Source: Spizellomyces punctatus DAOM BR117 (Eukaryota). Taken from it: 64,000 nucleotides of DNA. A model generated the notes under the pieces. It did no database searches. It was not told where the DNA came from and was given only the letters and a program-made list of their open reading frames with translations. This document shows positions 12,246 through 23,474 of the stretch, piece by piece (the first letter of the stretch is position 1; each line of letters starts with the position of its first letter). The stretch lies in the NCBI GenBank assembly GCA_000182565.2, contig KQ257459.1; one strand, given 5' to 3'. A program made the translations under genes and the position numbers.

Positions 12246-13981
12246 ATGCCTGGTCTGACGCCAAAGCCGGCCTCGACACCACACACGACTGACATGTCTT
12301 TGTCATGTTGCCCATCACGGAAACCACAAGGTCTCGGAATCCTGCTTGACCCACAACTGCCATCGGAGAAGCCAACCATTTTGGAACCCATCGCAAATCC
12401 GCACCGCCCACCTCACAAAATATCGCCTACAGATACCGACGACGACTCGGAAGAGTTTTTAAATGGGACTTCTTGGGAGCATATATACGAGCGACATCGA
12501 ATGTACTTTGCGTATTTGCACAAGACACTGCATGCACTGAAACATGAGCTTGGTAATGGCAGAGAGGTTGAAGCCGGCGAAGCAAGTGGAGAGCGGAATA
12601 GCGATAGGCACAAAGAAGACGAAAATGACATGCCAGCGTCGGTGTTTGTGCTTCCCTACGACCTGGACACGGACGCTGACGAGATGACTTCAAGTAATGG
12701 GGTAGCACTGGGAGAGACATTTATCAAAGTGACGGTGCCTCCAGAAACAGTCCTGACAGCGACAGATGTTAAGTGATGACACAACAAAGCAAAGAACAGT
12801 TGCAGGCAGATTCACCCACGCATACCGCCGATCAAGATGGCGAACAGAACGCAGTCATTAGCGTATTGGTTCCCTCAGACACTGTTGTGACTTTAAAGGA
12901 AAGCCTTCCAGTGACAACCTCCACACCAGCTCTTGACGATCGCCCAAGCGTGTCCCTGGCACCACCTTCAGAAGTCACAGAACCTAGTACGCTTCTTCAT
13001 ATACCCGTTTCACCAGCCGCAGAAGGTGTCGTCGATGCAACATGCGCGTCCACAACTATTACACCGACATCAAAGCTCAAACCTGCTATCCGATCACGAT
13101 CCCCGTCCTCAAAATCCGTTCGCTTCAATGCCACTGCCTTCAAGCATATCCTTGTTTTCCCCCGCGGAACAATACCGATAGCACTGTTGACTTGTCCGCA
13201 ATTTACCCTGCAAGATTACGCTTCGATCGATCACCTCGGATCGGGGACTCCACCGTTGGTCGTACGTCCGGCAAACTTTACATTCGATGAGCTCTCGCGC
13301 CTTGATTCCTCGCGGCCTGTCCGTGTCGAGACTGTCATGCTCACATTAAAGGAGAGCACAAAGACACCAGTCTTGATTGTCCGCATACGAGTTGCGAATT
13401 GGGGCAACCCGAAAGAAGTTGTCATTCGATATTCAAACGATTCCTGGACAACGTATACTGAAACACGAGCCGAGAGTGCCAAGTGGGCAGGGTTTGTCGA
13501 GGGGTGCGATAAGAGTGAGGAACGATTTTCGGTTGAGATCCCCAACATGACGCCGGGAACGACGGTTTTCGCCGTTCGATACAGTATCAATGGTCGCGAA
13601 TGGTGGGATAATAACATGGGCAGCGACTATAAAGTCGACCTTGCAATGCTCCCTAATACCACAACAAAACAAAGCTCATCTGTGTCCCAACCAAAATGGC
13701 CATCCATGTCCATCTGGACGTCAGAATATCCACCTAATGTATTCAAGTGCGCCCCAAATCCCGTTGTTGAACCGGTCGTACCAGATTCTCCTCCGCTACC
13801 AAATCCCGGACGTCGACATCGACCGTATTCATTTTGGACTAATGGGGATTGGACGCGAGATGCAAAATCTGGGCGTCTTGGATGTGGCTCGCTGCCTACA
13901 TCTGAAAGAAGTGTAAAATTACAATCGGGGCATTCATTGTCACTTTCAAGACCTTTATATGCAGACAGTAATGGGATATAG
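12246..13981 (+). CDS. PP1 glycogen-targeting subunit (CBM21 domain, Gac1/PPP1R3-like)
   Basis: RVxF-type KSVRF, VRIRVANWGNPKEVVIRYSNDSW, FAVRYSINGREWWDNNMGSDY; two ORFs joined near 12770 by a 38-nt intron or a 1-nt indel. Confidence 0.85.
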
Positions 13982-14240
13982 GACACACATTGGAGGGTTA
14001 TTGTAGAGTGTGCTTTGCTGATCTGATCCACTCGGTCATTGAATAGAATGCATTTGAACCGTTGATTATGTGCACAGCCGCAGGCGTCATGGATCAACTT
14101 TCGTCACAGCGGCGTTTGCTTATTGGTTTCAGGCTTTTAAGCGTTTTCAGTTGTCAGTTTCTCCTATCCGTCAACAGAGGTCGTATTCCAAAAAGTTGTT
14201 TTCCTTTTACTCGTAGATCTGCATCAAACAGATACCCATA

Positions 14241-15557
14241 ATGGACTTTTTAAAGAAAGGTAGGGGCAGTGTGCAAAGTGTGGTCAAATTATCTTCCTGT
14301 CAAGTCAAATGAACCATCCGTCTTTACAGCGTCTGCACTTGTTGGTGGAGATGAGAACCCTCAGACCGAGGAAGGTCAAGACCGTGGCTTGCCCTTCAAG
14401 CTGCCAGGTTTCGTTGTCAACGCTATCGATCAATACCTTGATGGTAAGAATCCTTGTTTCTTTGTAAAAATATATATGTGAAATGAACAACTATACTGAT
14501 GACATTGGATGAAATCCATTCCATATTTGCAGGTCTCAAGCCAGAACTTTCGCCTCTCATATCCCGCGAAATCGGGAATTTTCAAGAAAGTACCTTATCA
14601 AGTCTTGAAATCCGGGTGAAAGAAATTGTGCACCAGATCTGTCATGGGGATTTCTCTGCTTTGAACGGAAGCGGTGGAAGTGCTGGGACGAATGTGCCCA
14701 CAAGTGGCGGATACGGTGCTCCGTCTTCTGATGGGAATGGTGCTGCATTGATGCAAGCTACCGGTGGCTACGGCTATGGCGCACCTCAAGCGGCCGTATC
14801 GAATGGCAGTTATATGAGCGAAATGTCACGATCGATTGATACCCCAGTTGCGACTACTGATCGCGGCATTATCCAAGACGCCCTGAACGCTGCTCAATCC
14901 TTTGCAACCACCGCGTCAAGCACCATCTTCAACCCTGAAGAAAAAGCTCGGGAACTCATTCCCCCACTCCGAGAGCAAGTTTCCCGCCTTCTCGCTGACA
15001 AGCATCAAGATCTTGCTGATCGCTTCTCCGAGGAGGCTATCAAGCAAATCAAGATTTATCTCCACGGCAACATTTCACCCAGAGAGATCGGGTCAGGCGC
15101 CGTTGATGATGCGGTGGATCTAGTATCTGGATTCTTTGGAGGGAACAAGCAACAGGAAACGGATCGGGCCATTCCAGGCATGAGCAACCTGAAAGCACTG
15201 TTTTCCCGGAAACTATCTGAGGGGATGGTCATTATTCGGGGTCAAGTTAGTACGACAATGCACCGTGAACTGACGACAATTGAAGCCAACATTTTCACGG
15301 ATCTTCCCTCCCACATCCGTGGACCGCTTGAATTTGTCTTTGGAGGGAATCCTTTCCAAAACCAGGACCGTGGTCTTGTCAGTGATGTTGCCGATAAATT
15401 CAAGAGTGTTGTCCGGGGGTTACAGGAGGGCATTCAAGAGCGGGCGAGAGGTGTCGTCATTGAAGGTCATCGGGAGTTGGAAGGCAAAGCTGTGGACAGG
15501 GTGCAGGACGTTGTGGTTGAGAGGGTCAGGAAGTATGTGCCCGATATTCAGATATGA
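14241..15557 (+). CDS. Uncharacterised protein (3 exons) with recurring DRG motifs
   Basis: ATG 14241 MDFLKK, two GT-AG introns, long last exon to TGA 15557. Confidence 0.7.
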
Positions 15558-15736
15558 GGACATCTTGGCGTTGAGCTGTCGTTATTTGGATGCATTGGCG
15601 CTACCATATTTCATTGGCAAATATACCACACGTGTACAAATCCAAATATGCTAAAAATGCAGCATGAGGCTCTCAAACGAGTCCTGCCAACCCTGTATTC
15701 ACTATTTTTCAATGAATAAATACTATCAATTCCCTA

Positions 15737-16069
15737 TCAAAGCTTGCTGAGCTCCCTAAACATCTCAATCTTTAGCTCTCCATCCAAGAGGTCCTTGACC
15801 TTTAGCCCAAACTCCTTGAAAAACGGGTTCTTTTTATGCGTCTCAATGTCGGGTACGGACTCGTACCTCTCCACAATCGCAAACTGGTTCGGATCCGATG
15901 GGGATTGCATGACGTGCCAACCGATCGTTCCTTGGTCTTTAATGTAGATGCTGGCGGCCTTCTGGAGGAGGGCCGACACGGCGTCTTGGTGTTGAGGCTT
16001 GGACCGGAGGTGGACGACAAGTGTCACGGGCAGGCTGTTGGGGTTGGCTTTGTGCAGGTTGGTGGCCAT
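15737..16069 (-). CDS. Antibiotic biosynthesis monooxygenase (ABM) domain protein
   Basis: 110 aa; DQGTIGWHVMQSPSDPNQFAIVERYES..IETHKKNPFF. Confidence 0.85.
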   Translation of the reverse strand: MATNLHKANPNSLPVTLVVHLRSKPQHQDAVSALLQKAASIYIKDQGTIGWHVMQSPSDPNQFAIVERYESVPDIETHKKNPFFKEFGLKVKDLLDGELKIEMFRELSKL

Positions 16070-16343
16070 TGTGTATAGTCTTTTTGGTTTGGGTTGCGGA
16101 GAAATTGCGAAAGGAATGCAGATGGTTTTTGGGTATTTAATAGGTTTTTCGCTGACGGGCTGGTGATTAAGCCGATCGTGCGTGTTCCATTGGAATTACG
16201 CACGCGTCATTGACCTTTCGCTTGCCGACAGCTGAAACCGGATCTTCACTGCACGTGATAGCAGCAACCGCCACATTTGTCAACCTTCGGACTTTTTTCT
16301 GCGCGCCGACAGCAGAACATAAGACTCCCTCGCACCTGATTCA

Positions 16344-17060
16344 ATGGCAGCAGAGCACACAAAGCGTTATCTTGAAGAATATGCGGAGATAGTAGAAGTG
16401 GAAGAAGCAACTCGTAAAAGGCCTCGTGATCTCCGTATTCCAAAATATCAGGAGCGACTCCGCTGTTTCCCTCCGGGCCGCATTCTCTACGGAGCTGGGG
16501 ATAATGACGATATTCATGTACCATTTGCAGGTTCATATGTTGATGAACTTCGCCATCACCAGTTTGCTTTATTGGACTCCGTATTTACGTCATTTCTCGA
16601 CACGAACCGTCACCGAGGGGTGAATTACAGCTTAGAACGGCTATTCACAATGGACAATAGACATAACAAATACTTCAGGTTTATGCAGTACGACATTCCG
16701 TATCTGGCTACTGTTTGCGTTTATGATGATTACGATGGCGACCGGCTCAACATCAAACTGCATAATGATGGCTTCACCTACGTTCCTAAACGCGGGCGCA
16801 TTGTACCTCCTCGGCACCAATGCGACGGCTGGGTGTTACTAGAATCCCAAGGGTGGAAGGATTTGAAGGGACTCATCAATGCATTCAAATCATTGAGTGA
16901 TGGAACTGCGTTCAAGACTTGTCGTGTCTTCTATAACCACACTGAGCGACGTTTAGATATCAAGATGAATTCAGAGGTGGACGGATACAAGAACGTTATT
17001 ATTACGTTTGAGGATGGATACCCTTATTTTGATGACGATGTGGAATCCACACCATTGTAA
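16344..17060 (+). CDS. Intronless hypothetical protein (238 aa)
   Basis: Long ATG-initiated ORF with globular composition, divergent from the ABM gene; no family recognised. Confidence 0.6.
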   Translation: MAAEHTKRYLEEYAEIVEVEEATRKRPRDLRIPKYQERLRCFPPGRILYGAGDNDDIHVPFAGSYVDELRHHQFALLDSVFTSFLDTNRHRGVNYSLERLFTMDNRHNKYFRFMQYDIPYLATVCVYDDYDGDRLNIKLHNDGFTYVPKRGRIVPPRHQCDGWVLLESQGWKDLKGLINAFKSLSDGTAFKTCRVFYNHTERRLDIKMNSEVDGYKNVIITFEDGYPYFDDDVESTPL

Positions 17061-17415
17061 CCTTAATTGCTGACTGCTGAGTAATGTAAGAACTGAACAC
17101 TTGCAGTATTGATCCATAATGAGGAATGTCACAGTCATAGCTCATGTTCGTGAGAGAGAGACAATAGGCATAGTGTGTGGGCAAAAAAGACTGTCAGTCT
17201 GCAGATAGATGCAGCCTCTGGATTGAATGAGATGACATGCAAGATGCCTCCCTCGATTTAGGCAAATGAACTATGCACAAAAGATGCTCAACGGGTCCAA
17301 TATTTGCGGCAATGAACAGATTGCAACTATCATCCCTTGCAGTCATCTATGAGAGGAATATTCTGCAGTTGCCACCTGCATGATGCTCCATGACTCATTT
17401 ATCCACTCTTTTTTC

Positions 17416-17683
17416 TATATAAACCCCCCTCTTTGCTGCCCCCCATCTTGTTCTTTACCCTCGACTCGCAAGCATCTGCCCATGCTCAAGTCTCAGTCCA
17501 TCATGAGAATGCCACTCTGGTGCCGAGGACCTCGCCCTCCCGACAACAGCAACAACATAACCCCTTGCAAACGCTGCTACTACTATATTGCTACGATTGC
17601 AGGTATATCCTTATGATTTTTCCCACGCGCATATTACCAGTCTAATTCTGACTTTACTAGTATCTGAAACATCCTCCGACTAA
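17416..17683 (+). other. Small TATA-driven spliced unit, copy 1 (possible 47-aa microprotein containing WCRGPRPPD)
   Basis: TATATAAA 17416, ATG 17482, 58-nt intron 17603-17660, TAA 17681-17683; homologous to 59711-60021. Confidence 0.45.
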
Positions 17684-18462
17684 GAATTTCGGAATCAAAG
17701 GGCTAGTAGGATTTCTCTCGTGGTGGTGGGCTTAGTTACCCGGTTGACCAACCGTAACGTTATCGCATGTGTAATTAGGCCTAGTAGTAGTTTGTTACTT
17801 GTAAGGAGTTAGTTAGCTAGTTGGCTTTTCCGAATCGGTTCTCGCCGGTTCATTCCCTGGTGTGCGAGGCACTGACATTTGTTTTTGCCAAATACACTAA
17901 TCAAATAAGTAAGAGCTATGGATGTGCTTTGGCCATCAGTAGCGAGTTTATATTTGTCACCTCCGACTCAACCAGTGTGGTTCCATCCGCATTTGGTATC
18001 TCTTGCGCGTTACCGTGTTTCTCTGAATAGCATGACGCTTGAGGGTTGAGCACAAACGTCAAGCAACCAGAAAGCAAAAGGTAGGGTACAGCAAGGATAT
18101 TTGTAAAAACAAAGACATGCACATTTAAAGAAAGCAGCAAACGTCCAATACCTCCTGCTAGTCTTTGGCATTATGGGGGGATGGAGCAAGAAGAACAAAA
18201 CCAGGGGATGAACCCAAGGAGTCAGGGAGCTTCCAAAAAAGAAAAAAAAAAAGGTTCCTACCATCGTGCGTAGAACGATCGACATGATTCATTTCGAATT
18301 GGGTCATCATACGCGGCGCGTGCTTCGCGGAAAAAAAGGCACACAAAACGTTTCTAGTTACTTTATCAAAGCTATAAAAGTACCAGTTGCAAATCATGTC
18401 ACCATCCCCCTTTAGACGACTGTAGCATACAGTAATAGATATTTTCATTTTTTACATGCAGA

Positions 18463-21400
18463 ATGTCAATTTCAGGTAGTCAGCTAGAAATGACTCAAAC
18501 CGATCCTCCACACTCTAGTCTCGTCCCAACAAGGGAAGCCGACGAAAATGTTGTGATCCCCCTTGACGATCCGTCTATTATGCAGCGGGAGGACGGGTGG
18601 GCCATTCCCGTACCGAAGGCCGTAGGTATCGGAACCGAGTCGTACGTCACTAATGGGGGAATGGCACAACCATGGCAAGACGGCGTCAAAGAGGTTGAAA
18701 AGCATGTACAGAACACGGATCGCCCGCCGCGTCCGGAACGAACAGGAAGCCTTATTCGCGACTCGATTTCCATATCCATTTCCACTCCCTCTGATCAAGA
18801 CACGGCAAGTGAGGTCCGGCAAAGGACGTCACGACAGTATCAAGATGGGAAAGGTAGAGAACAGACCTTTGTTGAAGGTCACGAAGATGGAGATGGATCT
18901 GCGGGATGTGATGGACGTATGGACATTTATTGGGAAAATGTTCGATACTCTGTGACGGTCGGACGCGGGAAATCGAAAAAGGAAAAGGAGATTCTAAAGG
19001 GTGTGTCAGGACGGGCTCGTCCTGGAGAGGTAAAAATATATATCAATAATTGGAGTATTGGAGATCATGAACAGATAATAATGGTTTGTCTGCTATCAGA
19101 TGGTTGCCATCATGGGAGGATCGGGTGCAGGAAAGAGTACGCTTTTAAATGTCTTGGCTGGGCGGGTGCCAACCGGCACACCCACAGGCGTTATTCTCGC
19201 CAACGGACGCATCCGAGAAAAGCGAACATGGAAGAGATTGGTAAACAAAAGCAGCCTCATGAAACGCCAAATCTTTTTTGTACCCTCGTAAACTAATACT
19301 ACCATTTAATGGTAGGTTGGTTACGTCGAACAAGAGGACTTGATGTACGAAAACTTGACAGTTCGCGAAACCCTCACTACAGCCGCTTTGCTCCGTCTCC
19401 CAAATAGTCGATATACCAAAGACCAAAAACTGGCGCGTGTCGATGAGGTTTTAGCAGAGTTGGGTTTAACGCATGTGGCGGATTCTAGGATTGGGAATTC
19501 CCAGATGGGCGGGATATCTGGTGCGTTTGTTTTTCGTTTGATGCTTTCCATCTACATGAACCGGATTGTAATGGCTAAAAATGTTAATTGGTTCATAGGT
19601 GGCGAAAAGAAACGAGTGTCGATTGGTGTGTTGATACTTTCATAGCTTTTGTTTACATCCTACTTATTTTGTTGTTTTGATTAGGTATTGAACTCGTCAC
19701 GAATCCAGGGTAAGATCTCCATCGGTGGGTGCATAGTCAAACGCACAGGTTACTCACAAGGGGCTTTAGAACGCTCTTTCTGGACGAACCGACAACAGGT
19801 CTCGACTCTGCAACGGCACGGAACATTTGCGATATGTTGAAAAACGTAAGCTGTTTGCACTTGCCGTAATCGAATACGTTGTTGACTTTTTGGTATGGTT
19901 TATCAGCTAGCAAAAAAGAGCGGGAAAACGATTAGTACGTATTGTTGAAAAAGACCAGTCATACTTTTGCAAAAAAAAACGTGGTGCTCAAAAGCGTGTT
20001 TTTTAAATGACAGTCATGACGATCCATATGCCGCGAGAAACTATTTTGGATATGATTGATCGGGTCGCGCTCATGTCATATGGCAAGATGGTCTGGTTTG
20101 GACCTGCCAAAGGTAGGGACTCTGATTCGCACAAAACTGGGAAATTCGAAATAGACATAAACACATGTTATCATCCTTTTTGTAGATGCGTTAAAGCATT
20201 TCGCTCAACTGGGATACAAGTGTCCACCTCAGACCAACCCCGCAGACTGTAAGTAAAACCAACATTTTTGGGCTAAACAATGCAAAACACGCCCATCTGA
20301 CACGTCCGCAGTCTTTCTTGATCTCATCCAGGTTGATACGCGGGATCCTACATCCCAGGAAAGACTCAAGAAACTTTTGGACGCATGGGACAGGGTGTCG
20401 ACACAGTATGTGAAACCGATTGATAGTGCCCTGCGGGAGACCGCAACGGGACAGCAGCAAGCGCTCAAGGAAAAGAAAGGTGCACGACATAAAGTGGAAG
20501 ACGATTGTCATATTGATCGCTGGGCTGTACCCTGGCCGGTGGAATGCGGTGTATTATTGCAGAGGAACTTGAAGGTATGGTTTCCAACCCTTCGATGCCT
20601 ATAGCTCATATTTTAGTGTTTTGTTTAATTCCTTGATTTTTTTTTAGCATGTTTGGCGTAGCAAGATTATCATTATCTCGACGCTCATACAGCAATTTAT
20701 CCTTTTTCTTATTATTGGGTTTGTCTTTTTCCGGATATCGGATGACCAGGCGGGTGTTCAAAACCGATATGGAGTCTTATTCTTTATTTGTATCAATCAG
20801 GCACGGAAACAGTTATAAATATGGCAGATTGGGAGCAAAGCTAACCCGTAAAACATATTTTTTTTCAGACATTTTCGTTCCTCATGCCCATCATCACCGT
20901 GTTCCCACTCGAACGACGCATCATCCTCCGAGAACGTGCTGCAGGATCATACCGAGTTTCCGCGGCTTACCTCGCAAAATCTCTCTCCCAATGGCCTCTA
21001 GCCATCTGCGCATCCCTCTTGTTTAGTCTGCCCGTATATTGGCTCATAGGGCTGCAGCCAAATGTGGGTCGATGGATTTTGTTTATTGTTATTACGCAAT
21101 GTCTGGTTTTTGCGGCGCAGAGTTTGGGGATGCTTATTGGGTCCAGGTGCGTTGTATATGCGTTCTGTCGAATCATATCATGCCCTAACTATGTATATAG
21201 TGTTCCAAATGTGCAAATGGCTCAAGTGTTTGGACCGCTCGTTGTGGTTCTGTTTGTTATTTTTGGAGGAAACTTTGCGAATCAGGATAGTATTACGCCG
21301 GTTTTGAGGTGGATTCAATGGTAAAGTGTCTTTTATTTCAATCGTTGATTTTGAACGGTACTGAAATGGAAATGTGTAGGATATCAATCATTCGTTATGC

Positions 21401-21710
21401 GTATGGGGCGTATATGCAAAACGAATTTTACGGACTAGAGTTTCAGTGTCCGGGGGGAGGTGGTGGTGCAAGCGGAGGTGCACTCTGTGCAGCTCAAGGA
21501 GAGCAAATCGTTAAATCGTTTGGACTGGTATGTACAACCCAAGTGCACTTTCAAGCCCACATTTTCTCATTCTGTTCATGCATAATTATATAGGACACAC
21601 CTTCGAAAGCAGTGTGTATTATCGTGCTTGTGGGTCTTGGACTGGCGTTTCAAGTACTGGCTGCACTGGTACTGCGACGGACGACGAGATTGAGAATCAA
21701 GATCATTTAA
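18463..21710 (+). CDS. ABCG (White-like) half-size ABC transporter, multi-exon
   Basis: Walker [10 protein letters not shown], signature [13 protein letters not shown], Walker [31 protein letters not shown] domain, TAA 21708-21710. Confidence 0.93.
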
Positions 21711-21783
21711 AAGAAATGATATTTTTTAATATTGGTTTTTTAATGGGTGGGGTAAACAGTAGGTAATCATTGTTAATCAGAAA

Positions 21784-21787
21784 CATA
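21784..21787 (+). promoter_or_regulatory. Fanzor target-adjacent motif CATA at the left junction
   Basis: aaaCATA|GTGCGG; CATA is the TAM reported for SpuFz1. Confidence 0.8.
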
Positions 21788-21946
21788 GTGCGGAGCCGAT
21801 GGGTATTGGCACTAGTACAAAGATTCCAACCAATTTAATCATAATTTTACTCGATTTAGACTCATGAACTATGGTTTGATTCAAAAAATCCTATGTAAGT
21901 CATCGTCCATTTTCCCAGGCTTTCATCTTTTTCTACAGATATCATC

Positions 21947-22816
21947 ATGCCACCAAAGAAGAAGCAAAAGCTCGAAAGGCTCGAAAAACTTGACAAACCC
22001 ACCTTACATACCTGCAACAAGACGTCCTTCACAAAGGCTTTCTTGCCTAATGAGACCTACCAGCAGCGTCTTCTAGATTACATCGCCATCATCCATCAAC
22101 TCGCTGACCATGCTTCCCACGCTCTCAAATTCTACATCCTATATGCACCAACCTTTCCCACGGTAAATGAAGATACAATTGAAGCGATTCTCTATCTTCT
22201 CAACAAGGGGGAGGCTTGGCATCCAAGAAAGGAAGCAAAGAAGGCATGGCGGGATTGTTTGCTGCCATATGTTCAACGGTACTGCCACATCATCAGCTTC
22301 GTTCATCCAAATCTACAAAAAGAGCAGCAGTCAATCAATTACCTGACAGCGAGTATGATGACGAACCTGAAAGTCAACGTTCAAGAGCATTTCATGCAGA
22401 TGCTCCTTCGGTATATCAATCTGCGGCTCGATGTGAAGGGACAGAAGCAGCGACTGCCACTGAAAAGCGATGCATGGAAAGCCTTCTTTACTCGGCTACG
22501 CTACTTAAAGTCAGTTTTTCTTTTTGATATCGTGCCCGAGTCGCTGGATGACTTGACTGCTGAAGAGAGTGAGCTTCTAGAAGAGATGTGGTCCTTCATT
22601 CCCCTTTCCGACCAGCCGCTTGCATATTCGGTTGCTGTTGACCCTCTCGCTTTCTTTCCTGCTTACTGCAAACTCTCTGTGCTGTATGAACGACATGGCT
22701 TCCGTCGGTTCAGCGCAATACCTCTTCATCGGTCTCTGATTCAGTCCCATATTCGCATCGACACGGTCATCCTGTACCAGCATATCCTTTGCATCATGCG
22801 ACGGGAAGCGGAAACT
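21947..22816 (+). pseudogene. Fz1: Fanzor1 nuclease, N-terminal 290 codons (NLS-like start, REC/WED)
   Basis: MPPKKKQKLERLEKLDKPTLHTCNKTSF... closely matches SpuFz1 as recalled; cut at ...RREAET by an LTR. Confidence 0.93.
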
Positions 22817-23417
22817 TGTAACGGATTTTTTGTTGGTAGACTACGGTAAAGACAACTTGGGTCTCCTAGCAGGTTGTGTGGGTGTCCGTACTAGGAATCG
22901 TAGTCTCCAAATCCTTTCTTTGGGCGTCGGTAGCGACTTGAGGGCGAGAGGCAAGGAGAGTCGGTTAGTTGTGAACCGAGCAGGATTTAGAGGCTTCGGT
23001 ACGGGTGATCAGGCCGTTGAAGCGCTCTGTTAGGTTCCTGTTAACCTAAGATTGGAGTTGAGAAGCGAGTTATGGGGATTTTTTTGTCGCTACGGCTTCT
23101 GCCCCCGACTTATTTTATTGAATACATCCTTTTTATACAAGATTCTTGGATAAACTGTTAAACTAAACTAAACTAATGGGTGTCGCTGCACCGCAACTGA
23201 TTTATTGGTGGCGGTACCGATCTCTTCCTTTTCCGCACTGGCTCGGGCCTCCACAGGTTGTACGAGGCACGCTGAAATCTAATGCGCCAATTGCCATTCT
23301 CCGAACCGGTTTTTTCGGTCGCGGTAACCCAATCGGTGGAGTTGGTCACGCGATTCGTGCTTCCCGCGTCCGATTTGGGCTTACTCGCGATCTCTCGAAG
23401 ACGTCCTCGTCGTTACA
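22817..23417 (-). repeat. 3' LTR (LTR-A, 601 bp); polypurine tract at 23418-23427
   Basis: TG..CA ends with 6-bp inverted termini; AAAGGGGGGA precedes it on the minus strand. Confidence 0.95.
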
Positions 23418-23474
23418 TCCCCCCTTTGAAGAGCCAATGCACCGGCGCTCCGAGCGGGGGTGTTGGGACGTCAA

